Assembly (NCBI GenBank): GCA_051294375.1
Contig: JBJCIZ010000239.1
Location: forward strand, 1,320,581-1,384,580
Source of the DNA: Paraspadella gotoi
Taxonomy: Eukaryota; Animalia; Chaetognatha
Length of the DNA stretch: 64,000 bases
Reading direction: 5' to 3'
Shown: positions 1 to 17,000 of the stretch, in pieces
How positions within the stretch are numbered: position 1 is the first letter of the stretch
Layout of the letters: each line of letters begins with the position of its first letter
Position numbers and translations under genes: made by a program
The notes under the pieces: model-generated
Told to the model about the DNA's origin: nothing
Databases searched by the model: none
The model's input: the letters and a program-made list of their open reading frames with translations, nothing else

Positions 1-639
1 CTCATAAATTACCGGCGTCGACATCGTTGTTGTTGTTGTCCATTGGGTATCGTCGTTGTCATCGTTGGCGTCTTCGTTGACATTGTCATTGTCGGTATTG
101 TTGTCGTAGTTGTCGGCGTCGTCGCTGTGGGCGTTGACGTTAATAGCGTCAATGTTGCTATCGTTGCTAACGGCACCATTGCGATGTCGTTTTTGTCATT
201 AGAATCGGCGTTGCGCAACGTCGGTGTCGTCATTATGGTTTATGTCATTGTTTATCTTGACATCTTCGTTGTCGTCGGCATAATTAGCGTCTAAGCGTCG
301 TTGTCGTCGTCTTTGCCTTCATCTTCGCTATCGTCGTTCACGTAGTCGTCATCATCAAACAATCGCGTAACTCTATTCCATTAAACGGCGACAACCAAAG
401 CAGATTTGGTGATCATTATTGTCTCTCTCTCTCTCTCTNNNNNNNNNNNNNNNNNNNNNNNNNNNNNNNNNNNNNNNNNNNNNNNNNNNNNNNNNNNNNN
501 NNNNNNNNNNNNNNNNNNNNNNNNNNNNNNNNNNNNNNNNNNNNNNNNNNNNNNNNNNNNNNNNNNNNNNNNNNNNNNNNNNNNNNNNNNNNNNNNNNNN
601 NNNNNNNNNNNNNNNNNNNNNNNNNNNNNNNNNNNNNNC

Positions 640-4284
<3,645 letters not shown>

Positions 4285-4303
<19 letters not shown>

Positions 4304-4642
4304 GATTGTTGATTGATGATGGATGGGATTTGATGTGATGATTTGTATGATTGATGATTGTGATGTTGATGTGATGATGATGATGATGATGTTGTTGATG
4401 ATTGATGATTAGATGTGTGATGATGATGTGATGATGAATTGATGATTGAGTTGTTGAGTGATTGTGATGATGATGTTGAGTGATGATGTTGTGATGATGT
4501 TGATGATTGATTGATTGATATGATTGATGATGATGATTATGATTGATGATTATGATTGATGATTGATGATGATGATGAATGATGATTGATAGATGATGAT
4601 GATTGATGTATGATGATGATGATTTGATGATAATATGATGAT
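4285..4642. repeat. Degenerate (GAT/GATT)n microsatellite
   Basis: About 350 bp of imperfect TGATGA/TGATTGA repeats. Confidence 0.9.
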
Positions 4643-5310
4643 ATCTCTGCATGAATGTTGATCTCTCTCTTGTACAAAAACTGTCCCAACGAGTTAATTA
4701 TTCCAAAAAAACTCTTAAGTTAAATTGCGGAAAAAAAGGTCATAAAAGGCTTTTAAAAAAATGTTTTGTTCAATTAACGTAATGTGCGGGAACTCATAAG
4801 TCATAACTAAATTTCACTTAGTCAATATTGTTCTACTTTTTTTTTTTTGCATCAGCGTGTACAGTTAAAAAACATCGCTAATCATTGAAAGAGAACGCTC
4901 AGTAAATTTTTAATTTTTTTTTTATAATTTAAAAATTTTCGCCTCGAAATTAATGCAGATCATTTTATACTTTCGCTTGAACTCGTCGAATTGAAAAAAA
5001 AAAACCGGTAATTAAGATCAAAAATTCTTTCGTTTACTATAATCATTTTCGAAATGGTACTTCCAACGACCTTCCAGTATTCTGCCAAATAATAAAACCT
5101 TGTTTTTTCTAAGGCGACTGAAGAGAAAACTAAAAGAATATATAAAAAAAAAAATTAAATTAAATGCCGACTTTAGCACCTGTACTAATATTTGCCAAAT
5201 ATTTTATAAATTGTGTTTAAGGTGTGTCGATTCAGTCCTTTTCTGTTTGATCCTCATTTCGGCTGAAAAAAAAAAATCCGGTCTGAGGATCGAAACCAGT
5301 TTTGGAGACG

Positions 5311-5325
5311 AACGACGACGACGAA

Positions 5326-5376
<51 letters not shown>

Positions 5377-5377
5377 A
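5311..5377. repeat. (GAC)n microsatellite
   Basis: ACGACG run. The poly-R ORF here comes from the repeat. Confidence 0.9.
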
Positions 5378-6445
5378 GCAACTATTAGCGAGAAAAAAAT
5401 TTCTGGTCTGGGCTACGATATCTGCTAATGCCTACGACGATAAAAATACGACGAAATCGAAATGAACAAATGACAAAAATGTAAAGTGAACAAATCGACA
5501 AATGACAAATGAACAAATGAGCAAAAGTAGAATGTAATAATAATAAAAAAAACAAACATGAAAAAGTTTTTTTTGTTTTTTTGTTTTTGACAGAATGGAT
5601 CGAAACGAACAAAACGAAACGACGGCCTTTTTTTCCCCCCCGTGTCAATTCCCGCTGTCCACACCTACGAATTTTTAAAAGTTCAGAGAGTTCGTTCCCC
5701 TTTTTTTCGTCAAATCCTACGAGCGACAACGAATGCCTTGTCCGTACGTCCGTCCGTACGTCTTTTCTCCCCCCTCTCCCTTGTTAAGTTGAGATCTATT
5801 TCCTAATTGAATTTTCTGCCTCGATCTCCCCTTGTCTGTCACGTTTTTTTTAAGCTCTGTTTCTCTCTCTCTCTCTCTCTGTTTTTTGAGGGGAGCTGCT
5901 GTGTGTCGCAAGATCTCTCTCTCTCTCTCTCTTATCGAAGAACTGAACTAATCGCCTTCGATTTTTATTTTTTTCTCTTTTTCAGGTAAGAGTCGACGAA
6001 ATTAAAGTACGAAACGCAACCAACTCAAAACCGAATCAAAAACAAACAAATTCCATATAAAAAAAAAAAAAAATTTCCCTCATTCGTTTTTATTGAAAAA
6101 TTGGTGTCAACATTCAACGAGGGTCACCAATCGTTGACGCCCGCAAATAAAGAGATCAAACTTTCTGTCGAAAAAATCCTTCGTTGACTTTTTTTTTGTA
6201 GTATTCGAATTACGTCGAATATTTTGGATTGGAAAAAATTTATATATATAATACAATATAATTCAAACTAGGGACAAGTTTTTTTTTATATCCGTGCATT
6301 TCTGTCGCTTTGAAAACTTTAAAGGTTTTCGCTTGCCTTGTTATTGTTGTTCTGTTACTCACTCCAAACACAACTCCATTTTCAAGCTTTTTCGCCTTCA
6401 AATTATAATCGTTCTTGAAATTTGAAATTCTTAAAACGTTCAATT

Positions 6446-6492
<47 letters not shown>

Positions 6493-6929
6493 GACATTTA
6501 ATCTACAGTTTTCAATGTTGCAAACAAGTTTTGGTTGCACCGATGGAATAAATCTTTAAAATGTCATTAGAATCGTCGTCGTCGTCGTCGTTTTCCATTA
6601 TTAATTAACTTTAACTAAGACGTATTCGGTTTTTCATCGCGGAAAAAAAAAATTTATAGCACAATTTGTACGAACTACTTTGGTTTGTTCTTATTTTTAT
6701 TTCGTTGTGGTTAATGTGTTCTTTTAATTTGAACGCGTCGTGAATCTTGTTATAAAAACAAAATTATGGAGCAGAACATTAAAAAAAAAATATCCACTCG
6801 TTGATCGTCGTGGAACTCATAATCTCATTTGCATAAAGCAGTAACATAAAAACTATATCCTTTCGAACTTCTCGTTTCCGCTCTATCTTCTCAATAATAT
6901 TAATCAAAATTAAATTTGAAATACATTGG

Positions 6930-7677
6930 TGATTCCCCTGTCCCCACTCAACGGGTCAGGCGGAGACCTCCTAGCAGGCAATGGACATCTGATGCCTCTC
7001 CTGAGCCTGCAGCAACTTGGCACGACTCTTCTCGTGCTGAGCGCCGCCCAAAACGACGGCTGCAAGAGGAGGGAGAGGAGTCTGTATCTCCCGTTTCAAA
7101 ACAGGCCAGAACAGACAACTGCCTGCCTCACCGTCAGGTGAGAAGAGGGCTCTCGGCAGGCCTATCAGGCCAGAGAGATATACGAGTGGCACTTGGCATT
7201 TTTCCGGTCGGATCTTTGCCAGACCCGAACCAATCCCACTCCACCACAATATCCTCTCAGCCCATTACAGGCCAATGAACCGAGCACATCGGTAATGTCC
7301 CTCATTTGCCCGGCCAGGGGGGCCAGCTCATTTTTGAGCTCTTTCTCATCTTATTTTTCTCTAAAAACTTACCTTAGCTATCCCACACAACTTATTCTTC
7401 CATTTCTTATTTCATATTTCATTCTTACTATTAAACAATTCTCACAAACATTTATTTATTACTAACTTATGTTACTTTAGTTTTTTCACTTCTATTCACT
7501 GTTGTACATTGCCAAATGTATTGATCTCTCTCTCTCTCTCTCTCTTTCTTTTTTTCACCAATCTCAAATTCACTCACTCTCCTTCCCTTCCCTCACTTTC
7601 TCCTGTCCTAACATCTGACCACTGTCCTTTACTCAATTTCTTTGTTGGAAACCCTTCTCTCTCTTCTCTCTCTCTTT

Positions 7678-7730
<53 letters not shown>

Positions 7731-7870
7731 ATCTCCCTCCTTCTCTCTCTCTCTCTCTATCTTTTTCAATGCTGATGAAGACTCGAAAACTAGAGTCGAA
7801 ACTTGTCCATTAAATAAAATAAATGTTGTTAAAGCGCGAAAAAATTTCGTTTTTCCTTTAATTTGAAATA
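6930..7870 (+). mobile_element. Penelope-like element 3' fragment (ORF tail + (CT)n + hammerhead + AATAAA)
   Basis: GC-rich ORF tail ending ...RVALGIFPVGSLPDPNQSHSTTISSQPITGQ* (7278), homologous to ~16130-16280. Block CTGTCCT(A/C)ACATCTGACCACTGTCC (7603-7627) recurs inverted at ~52177-52203. Ends in a minimal hammerhead typical of Penelope-like pLTRs. No RT or GIY-YIG domain is visible, so the class is inferred. Confidence 0.55.
7768..7811 (+). ncRNA. Minimal type I hammerhead ribozyme
   Basis: AATG-CTGATGA-A-GACTC(GAAAACTA)GAGTC-GAAA-C-TT-GTC^CATT: intact core boxes, 5-bp stem II, stem I AATG/CATT, vestigial stem III, GUC cleavage triplet. Confidence 0.75.
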
Positions 7871-10389
7871 CAAAATTCCTCAACCCTTTTAACAATCACC
7901 GAAAAAAATGAGCAAAACAATTTCTGATCTTTAAACGAATTTTAATTTGTTTATAAACGCTGACACACATTGAGCAGTTGCTCCGCTTCTTGATGAATTG
8001 ACGACGACAACGACAGAGGGTCGTCGATATTTTAGATGGTTCCCATAAGCGAATCAAATATATTCCCATTGTTAAATACGGTAGGAGTATCCTGAACAAG
8101 TCAACGGCTAAATCATTAAATATTAACTAATACTCTCTTAATATTAACCGCAAGTATTACGCCGCCCACAGACGCTCCGTGAGAACGGGCCGTACGGGGA
8201 CAGTTTGCGCAGCTCTCTGTAACTTATCTTCGATCTATGTAAAATTTTATTATATAATTGCTACAACCAATGTACAAACTATTTATTTATTTAATAACAA
8301 ATAGGCTACCTTGCATACTATATAGGAAAAAAGTATATCACATAATTGTTGAAAAATTCATTTATTTGATAAAAAATATACAAAATATGGGCGAAACATT
8401 CTCAATATTTGGTAAGGCATCCCTCGGTATCGACTACTGCCGGTATTTTTCTGGGCATTCTCTCATACAGCGAATTGAGTTATGACGGTGAAATGTTTTT
8501 CCCCCACCAATACCAAAAATAGTAAAAAACTAAATATGATTTTTTTTTGCCATTTTTCACTTGAGGTAGCGATCCTTTTTTGCCTCTAACTCCTAAACGA
8601 TTTGACCTTTGAAAAAGTATAAATAAAGATTCTGAAAAATTTTGATTTTTTAAAAATCGAACAAGTTTTCGAACAGATATCCTTCACTAAAAATGTGAAA
8701 TACTTTTTTTCCTAGATGGTATAACCTATTATACCTTATATAACACAGTAAGACTACAAAATTTAAATCAAGATCTCTCTCCCGTGTGTTTATTAGCCAT
8801 TTTGACCGTGATTTCATGAGCGATGAATGCAAAAATACTTTGTGAAATTATTAAATCAATATAAAATTATCCAATCATTTAATAAATAAGCTATCTTTCC
8901 CCTGACTTTGGTAGTTTGAGACCCCCTTCGCTCTTTTCCATTCGATAAAAAAGATAAAAGCGGGAAAAAGAGACGTGGACCAATGGAGAGTAACCAGTCG
9001 CCCCTGCCAGAGAGGTCGGCCCCAAAGGTCGAGGCTTGGAATGGCCCCGGATGTAAGAGGCCTCAGCCGGTGGGTCGGACCGGAGGGTAAGGAAAAGTAT
9101 TGATTGAAGGGTAAGTGACTTGGGGGGGGGAAAGAAACTCAATAGAGCGCGACTTGATCGAGTGAAAACGGAAGTTAATTTGAAATGGGATCATTATTCA
9201 CTTATTTAAATTCACATTTTTTGTTCTTTTAATTCGATTTACATCCTGAGAAAAAAAAAATAAATTCCGTTCATTGTTTTATCCCACTATATTTCCGTCT
9301 AATTCATTCTCTCTTCATTCGTCCTCCAAATGATGAGAAAATAAAAGAATAGATAATCGGTTATGCAAATCGGTTTTATGCGCGTTTTTTTTTTTTTTTA
9401 AATGATGCGGAATGGAGCGGAGCTTTTTTCTAATGAGGATCGGAATTCGAAAAAGGAAAGTAAAATGAAGAGACAATTGGATGGTTCTTTTACCGTAGTT
9501 TAGTTTTTTTTATATTTTAAAATAATAGAATTAACTTTGTCAAATAAGTTTTTTGGACGAAATTCGTTTCACTAATTTTTTTTTACGTAGGAATTTACGG
9601 CAGATGTTTGGAGGTTGATCTTTCGTGAGTTTTTTCGACGCATCCTGATATTTGTGATAATTTGTGATAATTTGTGATAATTTGTATATGAAGAAGGATA
9701 ATCATGTTAGGAATTTGTTTATATATTCAAAGACTCGTTTGACTTTATTGGAATTTTTCGACGTTAAGGGATCAATGCCTTATAACTGTCGCCTTAAGGA
9801 TCGAACTCGGTTTTTACTTGGATAGAAAGAGTTGACCCAGCCCGTTGAGCCACTCGGCGTTTACCGTTTTTTACTATAAAACAATTTAGACTCGTAACTT
9901 ATGATAGCCAAGCATAATTTCGTTTTCCCAACGCGATCAAAAACAAAATTTCTTTTAAATTTTATTTTATTTAAAAAAAAAAATTCAATCCGTTGTTGTC
10001 TTTAAACAAATCTATTTTTTAAACAACTTCTTTTAATTAAAGTCTGCGAAAGAAATTGGACCTCGTTTTCGTCATAAGACATAAGTCTCGCCCAGACCTA
10101 AGAATAAATTATTAGGAATTTAGGATATTAAAATAATTTTCTCTCTTTCCCTCTTCTCTCGCTCTTCTTCTCTCTCTCTCCTCTCTCTCTCCTCTCTCCT
10201 CTCTCTTCTCTTCTCGCACTCTCTCACACTCTCTCTCTCTCTTTTACCGTAAAAAAAAAACAGTTTTTCCCTCTCAATCCTATCTAAAATTGCGAGAAAT
10301 GCGCTATGCAAATTCAAAGTAAATATTCAACGACGAGAAAATTCGTTTGTTCCCGAATTTTTCTCTCTTTCTCGTCTTCTCTCCCTCCT

Positions 10390-10483
<94 letters not shown>

Positions 10484-10841
10484 ACGACCCTCCCTTGTTT
10501 GTACAACTCTTCAATGGCCTCTGGTGACTAATTAGTCTTGTCTTCTTCTTTCTTGTTGTCTTCTGATATTTTCCTGAAGATTTTTTAACTCTCTCTCCTC
10601 TCTCTCTCTCTCTTCCTCTCTCTCTCTCGTCTCTCTCTCTCTCAATCAGCGCCCTCTTCCCCAAACAAGAACGACGTCAAAAACACCAACAACGCCGTCT
10701 TTCCCCCTGGCGCGCTCGGCTCCTCCAACAACCGGCGCCATTCCACCCACGCGGCGTCGCCAACCTCCAGCTTCCTCGATCCCAAAGGACGGATGCCTAG
10801 CGACGAACTTTTAAACTAAAGACGAAAAAAAACAAAACAAA

Positions 10842-13101
10842 ATGACAACGACGGCCCAATCTTCCTCTTCATCCTCCTCTTCTCCAACGGAACTCCTCAA
10901 ATCTCGTCTAACGACGAACCGGCCCGCACCAACGACGAAGTCGCCGTAGCCAAACGCGCACGACGATAGTCGACGTGCCGTAGCCAACAGCCGCGGACGA
11001 CCTCGCCGTAGCCAACGGCCACGACGAAGATCTTCCTGCCATACGATAGACGACGACGAAGCCTCTTCCGCATCCCCGCCCAGACCACCCCTTCCCAACC
11101 CTCTCCGGACCCGGTCTCGGAATTCCGCGTCTCCCGTCCGCTCTCCATCCCCGCGCAGACGCCGCCCAACATGGCGCCGACGCGATGTCCGCCTCCGGAA
11201 ACGAGTTCGATTACCTCTTCAAGATTCTGGTCGTCGGGGACTCGGCCGTCGGGAAGACGTGCTTCCTCTTTCGCTACGCCGACGACGCCTTCACGCCCGC
11301 CTTCGTCTCCACGGTGGATCGATTTTAAAGTCAAGACTGTCGTCAAGAAAGCAAGAGGATCAAGCTTCAGGTTTTCGGGAGAAAGATGGATGTTCTTTTG
11401 TTTTGTTTGTTTTTATTTTATGTTTTGTGTTTTTTTGTTTGTTTTTTTTTGGGAGGGGGATTATTTTCTTTAATATTGGTTGTTTTTTTTTTTTTGTGTT
11501 ATGTTTATAGTTATGAAATTTGTACCACCAATATAAAAATTATCCATTCGCCTCAATAAATAATTTGTCTTGCCTCTGACTTTGGGACAGGCTTTGCTGG
11601 TTTAAGGCCTCCATCACTCATACGAGATAATGACATAGCAGGTCCTGCAACTTTTCTCTCACAGTCTCGTTTATTCACTCCCCAGAGTACCTGGCTTCCC
11701 TATCAATGAATTCAATTTTATTATTTAATTGTTCAATCATTTTTTTTCTTTGTTTTAGTTTTACTTTGGCCTATTTTCGTTGGTCCGGGATTTTTTTTGT
11801 TGTTGTTGTTGTTTTTGTTGTTGTTGTTGTTTCGATATGTTCAATTTTATTTTTTCTACCAAGATGGGAGGCATTCGTCGCCATAGCTTGGTTTTCTAGT
11901 TCCCCGACGTCGTTTTTGCCTTCGATCGGCTGAATTCGGTTCATAAATCATTTCTCTCTTCAGATGATCTTTTTTTTTCTTGTCGAGTTTTCGAAAGATA
12001 ATTTTTTTTCTTCTATTGTTCCTTTTTCTGAAGTCTTTGCCTCATGGCTTAATGATTATGATATATATTATATATACATATTGTCCATCGAGGCGGATAA
12101 AATTCGTTCAATTTAAATTACCTCAATTTACAATAAAAATATATTAACTTAAAAATGTATGAAGATTTGTAACTTATTTTTAACTGATTCTTTAAAGTAA
12201 TAAGTTATAAGTAATAAGTTAACTCGAATTTTTTGGTCTAATTCAAATTATCAATCATAAATCTTTCAATAGAACTGTGTTATCAAAGACAAGAAACAGC
12301 AAAAAATCTTTTACAGTACGATACATTTCAAGTGCACAAATCCGTCAGCGCGGATCGACAATCGCGTCCGGTTTTTACGAGAAAAAAAATCTGGTTTTAA
12401 GACTCGGAACTCTAAGGAATTTGGAAAATGAGGGGAGGAGAAAGAAAAAGGTTAACGAGGTCGTCTTCGTTAAAGTGAATCTTCGTTAAAGTGAATCTTC
12501 GTTAATGACGACTTTTCTTTTTTAATGAATCACTAGTGTTAACAGCTAATTTAACTACTCGCGTATGGAATGAATTAAAGGAAAGTTTGATCCGATCATT
12601 ACCATTTTGTAGCTGTTGGCAAGAACAACAATCTCATTTGCATATTGCGGCGTTCCCAACGGATGATCGTTTTAGACTTTAACTTTTTCTCTCATTTTTT
12701 TTATATTCTAAGACGGCTACGTTTACAACAAAACTTGACATCAGCTGGATTTTGTAAAAATTTGTGAACTTTCCTCTTGGCCCAAAATGACCTGGGGTGA
12801 CATCTAAGACTTTGATTGCGAAAGATGGAATTTTAAATGTATTACCGAAAATTGAAAGAAAATATGGAGAAATATGCCATCACGTGAAACGAAATAACGC
12901 GTTAACACTCAATCTAACAACGCTGCTTAACAGCGTGAGACTGTGAACTAACAGAGAGAGATGTGACCTCTTGTGATCAGTCAATTGTTATTAAAGATTC
13001 GTTTTGGTTTCTTCTCATTCAAGACCTGTTCCTATCAAAATGATTAACGGTGCAGGTAAACCACAAAAATAACCTACAATTAATATTGTCTATTGTCTAT
13101 T

Positions 13102-13147
<46 letters not shown>

Positions 13148-13832
13148 ACTTTAGATACTTTAAATTAAAGTTTAATTCTTCGTCTACACGATCCAGAAAT
13201 TTTTAAACTACATTTTTTTAGTTGCCCCGCGAGTACTTGCGGGGCAACTCTATTAGTCATTTTCGGTCTGTCTGTCGGTCTGTCTATCTGTTGGACTGTA
13301 TGTCCATCCTTCGGTCTGTCCCACTTATGTTAAAAATGAATAAATTCGCCTTTAGTTGGTTGCTCATTTTGTCAAGACAGGAAAAAACCTCAATCTAAGG
13401 GACTGCTAGCCGCCGTCTTAAGGAAATCCTAAAACTATAAGAATAAAAGACTCGATGCAGTTCATGTCATAAAAAAAGGGCTGAAGAAAGTTTTTTAATG
13501 ATGTAATGTCATATCATGTCATATCATGTGATAAAAGAGAAATACACGTGAAAATAAAGTCACTGCTGCGGCAACACNNNNNNNNNNNNNNNNNNNNNNN
13601 NNTGTTAACTCATCATTTTACACACCTAACGACCAGTCCGACGCCGCTGATAACCCAACGTCAGAAAAACCGGGTTTCCTTTTCCAAATAGGAAAACTCT
13701 AAAACTTAGCAAAACACCAGATATACGATTATTTAAAATACAAAAAAAACCGGTCCGAAGGATAACAACGACTTTTTGGATCCTTTCTCCCCCTTCAAGC
13801 GATTAGAACCCCCTGCTGGTTGAGATGAACTT

Positions 13833-13890
<58 letters not shown>

Positions 13891-13985
13891 AATTACATAT
13901 TGTAAATATTCTTGAGAAATAGGTTAGCTTTTAAAGCCCTCAAGGTGCCTAAAGCCCAAGTAATTAATATTGTCTATTGTCTATT

Positions 13986-14032
<47 letters not shown>

Positions 14033-17000
14033 ACTTTAGATACTTTAAATTAAAGTTTAATTCTTCGCTACACGATCCAGAAATTTTTAAACTACATTTT
14101 TTTAGTTGCCCCGCGAGTACTTGCGGGGCAACTCTATTAGTCATTTTTCGGTTCTGTCTGTCGGTCTGTCTATCTGTTGGACTGTATGTCCATCCTTCGG
14201 TCTGTCCCACTTATGTTAAAAAATGCATAAAATTCGCCTTTAGTGGTTGCTCATTTGTCAAGACAGGAAAAAACCTCAAATCTAAGGGACTGCTAGCCGC
14301 CGTCTTAAGGAAATCCTAAACTATAAGGAATAAAAGACTCGATGCAGTTCATGTCATAAAAATAAGGGCTGAGAAAGTTTTTTAATGATGTAATGTCATA
14401 TCATGTCATATCATGTGATAAAAGAGAAATACACGTGAAAATAGTACAGCACTGCGCACAACCATTGGAATCCGTTCCTGTTATCTCCTGTTTCCCTCCT
14501 TTTTCTTGTGTTCTTTTCATGGCTCGTCTTCCAATTTGAATAACTCAGGATTCTCCTCTCGCCAGATCCTCCCCCTAGAAACGGCATTTCTGATTGGCGC
14601 CCGCAGAATTTAACTTGTCCGACTTAACTTGTCTCCCAGATTCTCTCGCGTGCGCTGTTCCTTCCGAACGAATTTTCGCCTTACAAGCCTCGGTTGGTCG
14701 GAATCTCGGCTAGCGTTTACAGGCGTTTCCTGCTCTTGGACTCGGGGTTCACAGCAATTCTATAAAGTGTTGTGGTTCTCTCAACCAAGCAGGTGTACAT
14801 TTTCTTCTCACACACTTTCAGTCGAGGGACGCAATTCGTGTTTATAGGGCCATAAACAATTTAGAGAAATTTTAAATCTTGGCCCTTCCGGTAAATTGTG
14901 AGAAATTAGAATGAATCACTGTGAAACTCTTTAGTGACCATAAGTTGCTATAAATTTCCTGGCCGCGCTCACACGAATAGTGTTATCGTCTCGTTAATAT
15001 AATGGAAAGAGTGCAATTTTTTTAGATATGAATTATGAAGTTTTAAACTGATATTAACTATTTCTCTAACTTTTTTCCTTGGGTAGATGATTATAATTTC
15101 CTAGTTATTGGAATCACCGTTCATGTTTATCTCCTGTTTTTCCCCCTTTTTTTTTTGTCTCACAATTGAAACAAGAAATTGTGACGTGAAGATTCGTGAT
15201 TAAGGGAGGGAGTGACTCTCAACAAGCATCACTCACTCGTGAGACAATTCACGGAATATGGAATAAACAATTTAAGATATAACAGGTCAACGTTCGAGTC
15301 ATAACATTCACCCGATTTCCTAGTTGTATTATGTTTAATATTTTTCGTAAATTCTCAATCAGATTTTCTTGCTTACGACCGATCGACCGACCACTTCAAA
15401 ACACCTCCCGCCCTCCTTCATTTATAAATTCCTATTAATAAATAAATAATATTTTTTTTTTTAAACGAAAATAATTTTATATTACGCGGATCGTTGCGTC
15501 TCGAGAGAGAGAAACGCGACGCCAGGCGAATCAACAAACAGGCGTCGCCTGGCAACGGCTTTTCATCTTCCCCCCCCCCAAAAAAAAAACCGATTTGTTA
15601 TGAAGTTTGGTTTTTTTTTCAGTTTTAATAAAAAAAAACGAATTTAAAGGATAAATTATTACAAACATTCAAGATTGTTTAACGGCAGGCATCGTCTGCT
15701 TTTTGTTTCGAGTTTATTTATTTCTTTCTTTCATTTTTTTTTTCTTATCTTAGTCACTTTTCTTTCTCTCTCTTGAGACAGAGTGCTTAGCGGTTTTTAC
15801 GACGGGAAGGAATGACGCTTTTTAGGTTTTTTTATTTTTATTTATATGAGATAAAAAGAATTAGAAATGAAGACAAAAGTCTGTTACAGCAACGATTTAT
15901 TTTAATGTACAGAACAAGTTTCGAGCTTTCATTCAAGCCTGGTCCATCAGTGCTTTGTAGCAATTCACAGTGATCTTCCATGTTTTTCCAAAGTTAAACT
16001 TTATGACGAAAGCAGACTAGGAGAGAAACGAGAGAAGTAGATACGTGACATACAAGATAGAGTGATCTTTAGATAGAGAGCCAGATGAAATGGCCACACT
16101 AAAGATGATAGAGACCAAGGACAGATCGGAGGGCCGCCGGCAGGTTTTATTCATGGCCTGAGAAGTAAGAACTGAGTCGAGTTGCACTTGGCCTCTCTTC
16201 CGCCGGGTCTCTACCGGACCCAGCATGATCGCACACCACCAACAAAGCCTCATCAGCCTATGACAACCAATGACCGACGACAATCGTCAAAGCAATCCCA
16301 CCATATGTTGACACGCGCGAGCGCATATTTGAGCCTTTCTTATTTTCTATCATTTTATCCTACATTAACTCTAATCACTACCTACCTCAACATCTTTATT
16401 TCAAAAATTCGATCATAAACTTCAGACTCCCTTTATTAATTAATTTATCCTGAACTCAATTTAAATAGATTCTTAGTTTGCTTTAAGTCTGTCTAGTATG
16501 ATTATATTAGAAACTATTATCATCGTGGTTTGTGTCACATGTTTCTAAGTAGTAACTTCTTCTTACAACATCATTAACACTCATGTGCTTACTGCTGTCT
16601 CATCCTCTACACCATCATTCACAATTTAATTTCCTTTATATTCCCTCACATTCTCTCTCTCTCTCTCTAGCTACATAACGTGAAACTCCATGCTATCCCA
16701 TACGGCCATTCGCCTACCACTGTACCTGTCTCGATAGATACTTAGGTTGGACTCATTTTTCGTTACTCTCTTCTGATTTCTCATCTCCTCTCTCCTCTAG
16801 TCGATCGTTCCATCTCATTCAAGATCTTCACGCAAAGTTAATTTGGAAAAAACATGAAAAACTCAGTGAAATTGTCAAAGCACTGATGAAAGGCTGAATG
16901 AAACGCCGAAACTTGTACTGTACAAATTCATATCAGAATAAAAAATCGTGCTAGTAAACAAGAAACTCTCGTAGTTCTTCAGTTCTCAATTAAGCCTAAA

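Noticed and set aside
9-294. Thr-rich and Val-rich ORFs here, and the many poly-ER, LS, F and X ORFs in the track
   Set aside because: Translations of microsatellites, low-complexity tracts or N-gaps
8985-9095. Isolated GC-rich island with TTCCAAGC on the minus strand (possible ribozyme or ncRNA)
   Set aside because: Could not build twister P4/pseudoknots or an HDV fold by eye; single copy in this window
11310-11355. Frameshifts in Rab3-like exon 1 suggesting a pseudogene or programmed frameshift
   Set aside because: Missing G bases at G-runs in a locally noisy region, while all other motifs and the CxC end are intact; sequencing error is more likely
13078-14460. Tandem ~500-bp duplication (13078-13577 vs 13962-14460)
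   Set aside because: Near-identical copies differing by single-base indels around a 25-N gap; assembly overlap artefact
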